Shown: positions 10,071-18,153 of the stretch, piece after piece | Position numbering within the stretch: position 1 is the stretch's first letter | How the letters are laid out: each line of letters begins with the position of its first letter | Assembly (NCBI GenBank): GCA_963675755.2 | Contig: CAXXMD010000003.1 | Span: 897,930 to 929,929 of the forward strand | Direction: 5' to 3' | DNA from: a bacterium | Lineage (GTDB): Bacteria > Zhuqueibacterota > Zhuqueibacteria > Residuimicrobiales > Krinioviventaceae | Length of the DNA: 32,000 bases | The notes under the pieces: generated by a model | Told to the model about the DNA's origin: nothing | Database searches by the model: none | The model's input: the letters and a program-made list of their open reading frames with translations, nothing else | Translations under genes and position numbers: made by a program

Positions 10071-11762
10071 TCAATCCACCCGGTATGGTGAATTCCAGTA
10101 AAATCGTGTCAAGCCATTATCGGTACCAAACCAGATATAATCTCCATCCAGGTAAAGAGACAGAACCAGGTCAGAGGGCAACCCATCTTCCATTGTATAT
10201 TGCACCCAATATTGCCGTTCACGGTCAAATTTCAATACGCCCTCATCGGTTGCAACCCATACAGCCTTTTTATCTGCCGCTATACGATTAATATTTCCAC
10301 GGGTCTGGTACAATCTGGCTGGAGGATCAAGCCAGTCATTCTTGTCAACATCAAAAGCGGAAATACCTTCATCCGTACCGAACCATACCTGGTTATCAAA
10401 AACAGATACTGCGTATGTAGCCCGATCTGCCGGCCCTACCGACCCTGAATAAAATCCGCCTGAATCGGAGATTGTATCATGTACATATATTCCAAACTCT
10501 GTGGCGAGCCACAAGAGGTTATATTGCTGTTCAATGTCATAAATTACCAGATTGCGCAATGCGGGATAATTGAGATGGGTAAGTTTATCTTTATAATACC
10601 CAGAACTGTTCCGGCTCAGATAAGATACACCCTCATCAGTTGCTACCCATACATGTTCTCCATCTGTAATGACATCATGAACATAATTATCAACCAGGTT
10701 ATCAGAAGAGTTCAAGGTACGCCAGTTATCACGATCGCGATCATGACGAACCAGCCCGTTTTCAGTCCCAAACCAGACAAAATCCTCATCACTGGCAATA
10801 GAGGTCACCTGGGCGTTATCAAACCCGGTAAACAAATATTCTTCATAAAATGTCGATTCCTGGGCTTGTGGATCAAACAGCGTTACAGCATTACGTTCTT
10901 CCTGAATGCCGCCCAGCCAGAACGATTCATGGTCTCTGTAAATAGCATCAACATTCTGATCCCACAATCCATAATTCAGCATCTCAAGGCGTTGGGTCAA
11001 CACATCGCCTTTACCGGCACCAAGCCCCCAGGTTCCCAACCAGACTTTGTTCCAACGATCAAATGCCCACGCGGTTATGGGGTATTCTCTAAACTGCAAA
11101 TCTTTAATCAACAGGTCCTTTTCGTTAAAAAAGTAGCCGTTATCCATAAACATATAATTCAGCTTGGTGCGCTTGTTGTCATGCAGCCATTGCCACTCGA
11201 TATTGTTTTGATTTGTAAAATTGTCCAGATTTTGCACATTTCCTGCTTCTTTAAAAAAAGCCAGCATGGTATTGTTGGTAACATAAATATTGCGGTCCGG
11301 GGTCATGATATATACATTGTGATTTCCAAATCCCAAAGCTATTGCTTTTTGATCAAACTCGACCGGCATCTCATCATAAAAAGCATTAAACCAGCGATGC
11401 GTTGCCGGTTCCATGTAACTGATACCGGTTTCTCTTACACACCACAAAAATCCCGTAGAAAAATCTAACGCGGTTATAAATATATTCTGATCTGCCAGGC
11501 CATTACTGATGGTGTAGGGAGTTTCCCACTTTTCGCTGAAATAATTATAACGGGTTATGCCCCCGGTTGTTGAAAAATAGACATACTGTTCACCTACCGA
11601 CACATGACGAACAAACCGTGTAGATGAATAGGTTATCCAATCACCATCCTCGTAATGCCGGTTTGTCTCACGTATACGATACGAAGCAAATGATGCTGAT
11701 GAAAAAATCATTATACTCAGCAAACACAAAACCAGTACCTTTTGCAGTCTATGCAGTTTCAT
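10071..11762 (-). CDS. Secreted protein built from two-component-regulator-propeller-like (Reg_prop) beta-propeller repeats. It has no kinase or output domain.
   Basis: 563 aa with an N-terminal signal peptide (KVLVLCLLSIMIFSSASFA). There are at least 9 copies of a [VLI]W[FVL][GA]T-x-x-G[ILV]-x-x-[FYH][DS] blade motif: VWFGTENGLVRHD, VWVATDEGVSYLS, LWLATEFGIYVHD, VWFGTDEGISAFD, VWVATDEGVLKFD, IWFGTDNGLTRFY and others. No TM segment, HisKA or HATPase motifs follow. Confidence 0.75.
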   Translation of the reverse strand: MKLHRLQKVLVLCLLSIMIFSSASFASYRIRETNRHYEDGDWITYSSTRFVRHVSVGEQYVYFSTTGGITRYNYFSEKWETPYTISNGLADQNIFITALDFSTGFLWCVRETGISYMEPATHRWFNAFYDEMPVEFDQKAIALGFGNHNVYIMTPDRNIYVTNNTMLAFFKEAGNVQNLDNFTNQNNIEWQWLHDNKRTKLNYMFMDNGYFFNEKDLLIKDLQFREYPITAWAFDRWNKVWLGTWGLGAGKGDVLTQRLEMLNYGLWDQNVDAIYRDHESFWLGGIQEERNAVTLFDPQAQESTFYEEYLFTGFDNAQVTSIASDEDFVWFGTENGLVRHDRDRDNWRTLNSSDNLVDNYVHDVITDGEHVWVATDEGVSYLSRNSSGYYKDKLTHLNYPALRNLVIYDIEQQYNLLWLATEFGIYVHDTISDSGGFYSGSVGPADRATYAVSVFDNQVWFGTDEGISAFDVDKNDWLDPPARLYQTRGNINRIAADKKAVWVATDEGVLKFDRERQYWVQYTMEDGLPSDLVLSLYLDGDYIWFGTDNGLTRFYWNSPYRVD

Positions 11763-11771
11763 TCCCTACCC

Positions 11772-13118
11772 CTAATCTTTGATTCCATACTTTTTCAGCT
11801 TTTTGTGTAAATTGGCGCGGTCTGTATCCAAAATCTGGGCAATCTTGCTAACATTCCCTTTATATTTTGAATGGGCGTCCATCAGTACACGTTTTTCAAA
11901 ATCTATCATTTGCTGCTTTAATGAAACATTTTTGGTTACAATTTCTTTTTCCGGTACGGATGCGTCTCCCAGGGCTGTTTGAATATCGGCTGCTTCAATA
12001 ATATCCGACGGATTCATGATTGCTAAACGCTCAATGGTATTCCTGAGTTCCCGTATGTTGCCCGGCCAGGGATATAACATCAATTCTGCAATAGCAGACG
12101 GGCTGATTTCTTTTTCTTTTTTACCATTCCTGACCGAATAGATCCGCATAAAATGCTTTGCCAAAATGGGTATATCCTGCACCCGGTCTTTTAATGGTGG
12201 TACGGTAATGGGCACCACATTCAAACGAAAGTACAAATCTTCCCGAAAGCGTTCCTGTTCAATCTCTTTTAAAAGATCTTTGTTGGTTGCTGAAATAATA
12301 CGAACATTGAACTTTATGGGTTTTGTCCCCCCCAGCCTGAAAAACTCATTTTCCTGCAAGACCCGAAGCAGTTTGGCCTGGGTCTCGAGAGACATGTCAC
12401 CCACTTCATCCAATAGCAGAGTTCCGCCTTCAGCAGATTCAATTAATCCAATCTTTTGGCGTGCGGCGCCTGTAAATGCACCTCTTTCATAGCCAAAAAG
12501 CTCGCTTTCAATCAAATCTTTGGGGAACGCGGCGCAATTCAACTGTACAAACGGGCCTTTTTTACGCAGACTTTTGTAATGGATATCACGGGCAACCAGT
12601 TCTTTACCGCTGCCGTTTTCACCATAAATCAAAATCCTTCCATCACTGGGCGCTGCCTGTTCAATGGTTTTGCGCAATTCACGCATAACAACCGTCTCGC
12701 CAAGCATTTGATGGTCCAGATCTACCAGCTTTTCCAGTTCTTTCATCCGGTCACGGATGGCTGATTGTTCTTTGATCTTTTTCAGTTCTAAAATAACTTT
12801 ATCAGGATTCAGCGGCTTTTCCATAAAATCATATGCACCCAGCTTGGTGGCCTGCACCGCTGTGGCAATATCCGCATTGCCTGAAATCATGAACACAATC
12901 AAAGCGGGTTGTATCCCCAATATTTCCTTTAACGCTTCAATACCGCTCATGCCCCCCATCATTACATCCAGAAACGCGATATCAAAATTTCGGGTCCGGG
13001 CAATTTCTACCGCCTCTTCTCCCGAGTTACAGGTTTCAACCTGATGGCCCTCACGGCCAAGCAGCCATTTTAACGATTCACATATATTTTTTTCGTCATC
13101 AGCTACAAGAATGTTCAT
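11772..13118 (-). CDS. Sigma54-dependent response regulator (NtrC family: receiver + AAA+ + Fis-type HTH)
   Basis: 448 aa. The receiver domain reads ILVADDE...FLDVMMGGMSG. The AAA+ domain has Walker A GENGSGKE and the sigma54-contact loop ESELFGYERGAFTGA. The C-terminal HTH reads GNVSKIAQILDTDRANLHKKLKKYGI. Its ATG overlaps the hflX stop (ATGA). Confidence 0.92.
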   Translation of the reverse strand: MNILVADDEKNICESLKWLLGREGHQVETCNSGEEAVEIARTRNFDIAFLDVMMGGMSGIEALKEILGIQPALIVFMISGNADIATAVQATKLGAYDFMEKPLNPDKVILELKKIKEQSAIRDRMKELEKLVDLDHQMLGETVVMRELRKTIEQAAPSDGRILIYGENGSGKELVARDIHYKSLRKKGPFVQLNCAAFPKDLIESELFGYERGAFTGAARQKIGLIESAEGGTLLLDEVGDMSLETQAKLLRVLQENEFFRLGGTKPIKFNVRIISATNKDLLKEIEQERFREDLYFRLNVVPITVPPLKDRVQDIPILAKHFMRIYSVRNGKKEKEISPSAIAELMLYPWPGNIRELRNTIERLAIMNPSDIIEAADIQTALGDASVPEKEIVTKNVSLKQQMIDFEKRVLMDAHSKYKGNVSKIAQILDTDRANLHKKLKKYGIKD

Positions 13119-14407
13119 TGCATAACACCCGGTTTTTGGCCGTCCTGTTCCACCAGCCTGTTGATTCGGCTGGCATTGGCAGGAGACGCAATTAATTTCA
13201 CGATTGTTTTATTATCCTCAGTATATTCAATATCAGAGACATCTCCCAATTCATGCAATTGCGAAATCAGTCGTGTTTGGTGCGAATCCAGAACCAGCTC
13301 CATAGCCCGGGTATTTTTCTCTGCAAATTCTAAAACTTTGGCCTCCAGATCGTGCAAATAGATGCCCCGCTCTGCGGAAACAAACACACAAGGCTCATCG
13401 GTCAATTTCAATTTATCAATAATGGCGGAATCTTCCAGCAGGTCAATTTTATTAAAGACTTTGAGAACAGGTTTACCCTTAACTCCCATTTCCTCAAGAA
13501 CTTTTTCTACTACAGTAATCTGGTCCATAAAATCAGGAGAAGAGATATCAATCACATGCAGCAACAGATCGGCTTCAGAGACTTCTTCAAGGGTGCTTTT
13601 AAAAGAGGCTACCAGATGATGTGGTAATTTCCGGATAAATCCCACTGTATCAATCAGCAGCATGTTTCTGTGTTCAGAGATATCAAGATTACGGATTGTT
13701 GAGTCCAGTGTTGCAAACAACTGATCTCGCACCAGGGTACCTGCACCAGTCAGGGCATTCATCATGGTAGATTTACCGGCATTGGTATAGCCCACCAGCG
13801 CAGCCTTGAACAACTCGTTGCGTTTTTTACGACGGTTATCACGTTGTTTTTTAATACGTTCCAGTTCTTCTTCAAGCACACTGATACGCTTACGGATCAA
13901 CCGACGATCCACTTCAAGCTGGGTTTCACCAGGGCCCCTTACACCAATACCACCTACCTGTCGGGACAAGTGAGTCCATTGTCGTGTTAAACGGGGAAGA
14001 AAATAATTCAACTGGGCCAGCTCTACCTGGGTGCGCGCTTCCCGGGTACGGGCGTGTTTGGCAAAAATATCCAGAATCAGACCGCTTCTGTCTAATATTT
14101 TCAGCTTGGTCATATTTTCAATATTCTTGACTTGTGCGGGTGACAGGTCATCATCAAAGATGATAATATCCGCATTGATATATTTGGCAATATTTGCCAC
14201 TTCTTCAATCTTGCCCCGACCCAGCATATAAGCGGGATCCATTTTAGTGCGCTCCTGCACTACCCTTTCAAGTACTTCGGCACCCGCGGTATCTGCCAGT
14301 AATTCGAGTTCATCCAGATAATCATCTACCTGAGAGCGGCGCTGTCCATAACGAACCAGCCCAACGACTATGGCCCGCTCCCGATTAAATATCATTGTAT
14401 TTTGCAA
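13115..14407 (-). CDS. hflX: GTPase HflX
   Basis: 430 aa. It has the HflX N-terminal domain followed by G1 GYTNAGKST, G3 DTVGF and G4 NKID. The start is TTG at 14407, 5 nt after a GAGG; the ATG at 14395 is an alternative. Confidence 0.9.
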   Translation of the reverse strand: MQNTMIFNRERAIVVGLVRYGQRRSQVDDYLDELELLADTAGAEVLERVVQERTKMDPAYMLGRGKIEEVANIAKYINADIIIFDDDLSPAQVKNIENMTKLKILDRSGLILDIFAKHARTREARTQVELAQLNYFLPRLTRQWTHLSRQVGGIGVRGPGETQLEVDRRLIRKRISVLEEELERIKKQRDNRRKKRNELFKAALVGYTNAGKSTMMNALTGAGTLVRDQLFATLDSTIRNLDISEHRNMLLIDTVGFIRKLPHHLVASFKSTLEEVSEADLLLHVIDISSPDFMDQITVVEKVLEEMGVKGKPVLKVFNKIDLLEDSAIIDKLKLTDEPCVFVSAERGIYLHDLEAKVLEFAEKNTRAMELVLDSHQTRLISQLHELGDVSDIEYTEDNKTIVKLIASPANASRINRLVEQDGQKPGVMQ

Positions 14408-14450
14408 TAAAACCTCATTCTTACATAAATTTCAGCGGTCAATCAATTTG

Positions 14451-16526
14451 TTATTCTTCAAGACTTGACCGACTTTTAAACAACAGCATTTCGATAACAA
14501 CAAGCACCAATGCTGCCAGTACAAAATAAAACCACAATTCCACACCATAACGGTTCTGATACATAAACGTTGCAATATCAGCATTTTCATCCACAAAATT
14601 TACACCGAAACGGCTTTTCATTTCTTTTTCATCAACAGGGGTCAGATCCGATTCACGGGAATCCGTATTTACTGCCCAATTCCATAAAGTCTGGTTATTC
14701 GCCAACAGCTCATATATACCCGGCTCATTTGTTTCTACATATTCAACTCGGGGGCCCGACGCATGAACAACCGGTTCTATACGATCAAAACTGCCATCAG
14801 GGCGTTTGATTTCCAACTTTTCCTGAACATGTTCAACCGCCAGCGAGGTTCGCAAGGGGTTACCCACTATTGTTGAAAGTGAATCTGTTTTATATCTTGA
14901 CCCGGCATATTGAACAATACGGTTCATCAAAGGTGCAAACAGCGTACGTCGCGACAAATCAGTTATTTCAGGCTGTAAACCGCTGGTGAGTACCAGTATT
15001 GTTCCCTCACCCAAAGATTTTTTAAACAAATAGGGATCGCCGGTACTGTAATCAAATATACGCTCAAAGGACTGATTTGTATCCATCACATTGGCGTAAC
15101 CGAAACGCGGTTTATCGAAATCCGAATTTACATTCTCAAACATACCATAAAACAGGGGATGAGAAAAATCCATTGCACCCAGAGAAAATGTAGTATACTC
15201 TGTTGAAATGCTGTTTCCAATACTCGATTTGATTTCGGGCAAGCGCATTTGGTTTAAAAAGCGATTAAACGCCTGGATGTCGGTATGCGGCCCCAATACA
15301 AGAAACAAACCACCGCCATTCTGAACAAATGAATAAATCCGGTCAACCATATTATTGGGTACAGACATGATATCCACCAACACCAGTACATCATATCCCG
15401 AGATACGGGTTGTGGCAAAATCGCTGCTGTTGATTATGTCCAGAGCAAAGCGGTTCATCTCAACATGTCTGGGATTCAAGGCCATGGATAAAAGATCAGC
15501 GTCCCTGGTATTTGTATAAACCAGGCCGGCTTTTATTTGTTCCGGCACATAGATTGAAAAATATCGGTTATTGTCCATAGCCAGATCATCATCTTCCAGC
15601 TTTACATACCCATTAATAAATCCGGCCTTGTTCAAAACAAATTTAAACGTTTCAACCGCAGAAGCATTTGGCGGCAATTGCAATATAGTTTGCGCGGTTT
15701 TTTCATCATTGACAAACAGCTCTGCCAATGTATTCTCTGTTGCATGTTTGCCCGAATTGAAAAATTCGACCTGTAATTCAACCAGCTTTTCTTTTTCAAG
15801 CAAGGTTGAAACAATTTTTAAATCTTTAATACCAATATTATGGATAGAGCTGGCACGCAGGGGTATTGCGAATGTATTTACAGCGGCATCATGTATTGAA
15901 ACAGTATCCTGGCTGGTTAAAAAATCCTGAAGATCTGAAAAAATATAAATTTCTTTATTCACATCCCGCGACTGCTGCAGCAAGCTGTGAGCTTTTTGTA
16001 TAGCTGCGGACAAGTTTCCGCTTGTATAACCCGGTTGCAGGGATTCAATCTTTTCCGATATAAATTCTCCCGGTCGCTCGCCTCCCTTTAATGCCTGTGA
16101 TGTGTCTGTTACAGAAACAAAATAGGCATTGTCTCCCTGCTGAATGGACGCAACCAATGCTTCTGCTTTTATTTTTGCGCGCTCCAGTAAAGACTGGTTT
16201 TCCGTAACCGCGTTCATGCTGTATGAATTATCCAGTATTACAGCCAAACTCGATTTGGCATTACTTTCAAGCACTCCGGATAATGTTCCCTGTAATGTGG
16301 GTCTGGCAAATGCCAGCACAAGCAACAAGATGATCAAAGTACGTATAATCAAAAGCAGCAATTGCTTGATCTTTAACCTTTTGATCTTTTGCTGTTGCAG
16401 CTCTTTGAGAAAACTCAGCGTACTGAACGGTATGTTCCTTGAACGGGAGCGGTTTAAAAAATGAATAAGCAGTGGAATGGAAGCGGCTATTAAACCAATT
16501 AATATACCGGGATTTATAAAGTTCAA
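14451..16526 (-). CDS. BatA-domain / von Willebrand factor A membrane protein (N-terminal double-TM domain, MIDAS motif, C-terminal TM anchor)
   Basis: 691 aa. The N-terminus MNFINPGILIGLIAASIPLLIHFLNRSR matches the BatA 'aerotolerance N-terminal' double-TM signature. There is a second TM segment (LLLLIIRTLIILLLVLAF), a MIDAS DxSxS (AVILDNSYSM) and a C-terminal TM segment (LWFYFVLAALVLVVIEMLLF). The start is TTG at 16526. Confidence 0.7.
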   Translation of the reverse strand: MNFINPGILIGLIAASIPLLIHFLNRSRSRNIPFSTLSFLKELQQQKIKRLKIKQLLLLIIRTLIILLLVLAFARPTLQGTLSGVLESNAKSSLAVILDNSYSMNAVTENQSLLERAKIKAEALVASIQQGDNAYFVSVTDTSQALKGGERPGEFISEKIESLQPGYTSGNLSAAIQKAHSLLQQSRDVNKEIYIFSDLQDFLTSQDTVSIHDAAVNTFAIPLRASSIHNIGIKDLKIVSTLLEKEKLVELQVEFFNSGKHATENTLAELFVNDEKTAQTILQLPPNASAVETFKFVLNKAGFINGYVKLEDDDLAMDNNRYFSIYVPEQIKAGLVYTNTRDADLLSMALNPRHVEMNRFALDIINSSDFATTRISGYDVLVLVDIMSVPNNMVDRIYSFVQNGGGLFLVLGPHTDIQAFNRFLNQMRLPEIKSSIGNSISTEYTTFSLGAMDFSHPLFYGMFENVNSDFDKPRFGYANVMDTNQSFERIFDYSTGDPYLFKKSLGEGTILVLTSGLQPEITDLSRRTLFAPLMNRIVQYAGSRYKTDSLSTIVGNPLRTSLAVEHVQEKLEIKRPDGSFDRIEPVVHASGPRVEYVETNEPGIYELLANNQTLWNWAVNTDSRESDLTPVDEKEMKSRFGVNFVDENADIATFMYQNRYGVELWFYFVLAALVLVVIEMLLFKSRSSLEE

Positions 16527-16572
16527 TTTTACCTACATAATTTAAATCAAAATAACAGGTACCCGAATGTTG

Positions 16573-17361
16573 CTATTTGGAGAAAAATGATCGTAATTTG
16601 TTACCGAATCCTTTTTTTGCCTCTTCTGCTACCGGCTTTGCCTCTCCAATGGAAATATCCTGGCCCTGTATCAGTTTTTTCGGATTTATATTAAACAACA
16701 ATTCAGCACGATCAGTTCCCCAGGTTTCGGCTACCAGATTGTAAGCATTTTTTAACAACAAGGGTCGGGATGTAAGATTGTGTGCATCAGTAGCTACAAC
16801 ATGAACCAGATTGGCATCCAGTAATTTAAATGCCAGATTTTTCACTTGAGATCCGAAATTGCCCAGCAGACTACCGGCAGTAACCTGCAATAAGGTTCCT
16901 CGTTCTACAAAATCATATGCCTTGTCTGGAGACTCTAAAAATCCGCCATTTCGTTCCGGATGTGCCAAAACCGGTGTATTACCATCCATCAAATAATTGA
17001 AAAACATCTGCGGAGCATGGTCTGGTATTAAAGCCATGGGAAACTCGACCAGAAAATACCTGCCATTTTGCGCAAAGGTACTAATCTTTTGGTCCAGTTT
17101 TAATTCGGGCTGTAAATATAATTCACCACCCATGTGAATGGTAATGGGGATATTTTCAGCCTTGGCGCGTTCTACCAGTTCTTCATACAAGGCCCATACT
17201 TCTTCTTCCCGATCAAGATCGGCTTGAGACAACAAATGCGGGGTACAAACAATCTCAGTAATACCATCTTTATGCGCCTGTCGCAACATATCCAGTGATA
17301 CTTCCCAGTTTGGCGCACCGTCATCCCAGTGGGCAATCACATGTGAGTGTGTATCTATCAA
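16573..17361 (-). CDS. PHP-family metal-dependent phosphoesterase, CpsB/YwqE-like (annotated family function: protein-tyrosine phosphatase)
   Basis: 262 aa. The N-terminus MIDTHSHVIAHWDDGAP, plus TPH..., HPER and ATDAH, are the conserved His/Asp metal ligands of CpsB/YwqE PHP phosphatases. The start is TTG at 17361, 16 nt after the upstream stop. Confidence 0.75.
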   Translation of the reverse strand: MIDTHSHVIAHWDDGAPNWEVSLDMLRQAHKDGITEIVCTPHLLSQADLDREEEVWALYEELVERAKAENIPITIHMGGELYLQPELKLDQKISTFAQNGRYFLVEFPMALIPDHAPQMFFNYLMDGNTPVLAHPERNGGFLESPDKAYDFVERGTLLQVTAGSLLGNFGSQVKNLAFKLLDANLVHVVATDAHNLTSRPLLLKNAYNLVAETWGTDRAELLFNINPKKLIQGQDISIGEAKPVAEEAKKGFGNKLRSFFSK

Positions 17362-17377
17362 AATATTTTTCTATGCT

Positions 17378-18127
17378 TTAATTTTCTTTACAATGTATGG
17401 CGTCAGCAAATGCTTTAATTAATTCCGGGTCCTGGTTGTTTTCCAGAACATTGCCTGTTACAATAAAACTGGCACCGGCAAGTATTTTATTCCGGGCATC
17501 TTCCGGTTTACGGATTCCCCCGCCAACAATCAAAGGCATATTGCTGTATTTGCCAATAATCTTGATCATTTCTTCAGGAACCGAATATTTTGCACCACTG
17601 CCTGCTTCCAGGTATGCCAATCGCATCCCTAAAAACTCGGAAGCCAATACATGTGCTATGGCAATATCCGGTTTTTCACGCGGCAACGGACGCGTATCGC
17701 TTATAAATTGCGCGGTTGTCATGTTTCCGGATTCAACAAACATATATGCTGTAGAAATTGTCTCCAGATCCATAGATTTGATGATGGGCGCGGCCATAAC
17801 CTGCTCACCTATCAACCGATGAGGATTCCTGCCGCTGACCAGCGATAAAAACAAAACTGCATCTGCATAAGGAGACAACTGACGCGTACTGCCAGGGAAA
17901 ATTATAAGCGGCAAATTACATTCTGCTTTAATTGCCTGTATCAGTTCATCAAAACAATTTTTAAATAACAGACTACCCCCAACCAGCAGGGCGTCAACAC
18001 CGGCGGTTTCACATTTTTGGGCCAGTGCTACTGCTTCACTGATCTCCTGCTTGTCAGGATCTATGAGAACAAAATAGCCGCCGCCTCTTTGCTCTTTTAC
18101 CTGAAGGAGCTTTTCAATGACCTTCAA
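17378..18127 (-). CDS. Geranylgeranylglyceryl-phosphate synthase family protein (PcrB/GGGPS, TIM-barrel prenyltransferase)
   Basis: 249 aa. The motifs are LIDPDK, VGGS, IFPGS, SLVSGRNP..LIG, YLEAGSGA, VGGGIR and TGN. These match the polyprenyl-glycerol-1-phosphate synthase family and look closer to the archaeal/Bacteroidetes group II pattern than to Bacillus PcrB. The start is TTG at 18127. Confidence 0.8.
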   Translation of the reverse strand: MKVIEKLLQVKEQRGGGYFVLIDPDKQEISEAVALAQKCETAGVDALLVGGSLLFKNCFDELIQAIKAECNLPLIIFPGSTRQLSPYADAVLFLSLVSGRNPHRLIGEQVMAAPIIKSMDLETISTAYMFVESGNMTTAQFISDTRPLPREKPDIAIAHVLASEFLGMRLAYLEAGSGAKYSVPEEMIKIIGKYSNMPLIVGGGIRKPEDARNKILAGASFIVTGNVLENNQDPELIKAFADAIHCKEN

Positions 18128-18153
18128 TTCTTATCTGGTCCTTTCGGCGTTTC

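Noticed and set aside
10479-11468. Long antisense ORFs opposite real genes: 329 aa at 10479-11468, 234 aa at 27597-28301, 226 aa at 18664-19344, 221 aa at 19903-20568, 209 aa at 24857-25486, 208 aa at 6030-6656, 170 aa at 21332-21844, and many shorter ones.
   Set aside because: Each lies wholly inside a confidently identified minus-strand gene. Their translations are low-complexity (rich in I/F/K/N/C) with no recognisable motifs, and they lack RBS context. These are typical shadow ORFs of AT-rich coding sequence.
16555-16572. A GG...GC pattern (aGGTACccgaatgtTGCt) lies between the PHP and BatA-like genes.
   Set aside because: There are 12 nt between the GG and the GC (the consensus has 10), and it is on the plus strand where no gene follows.
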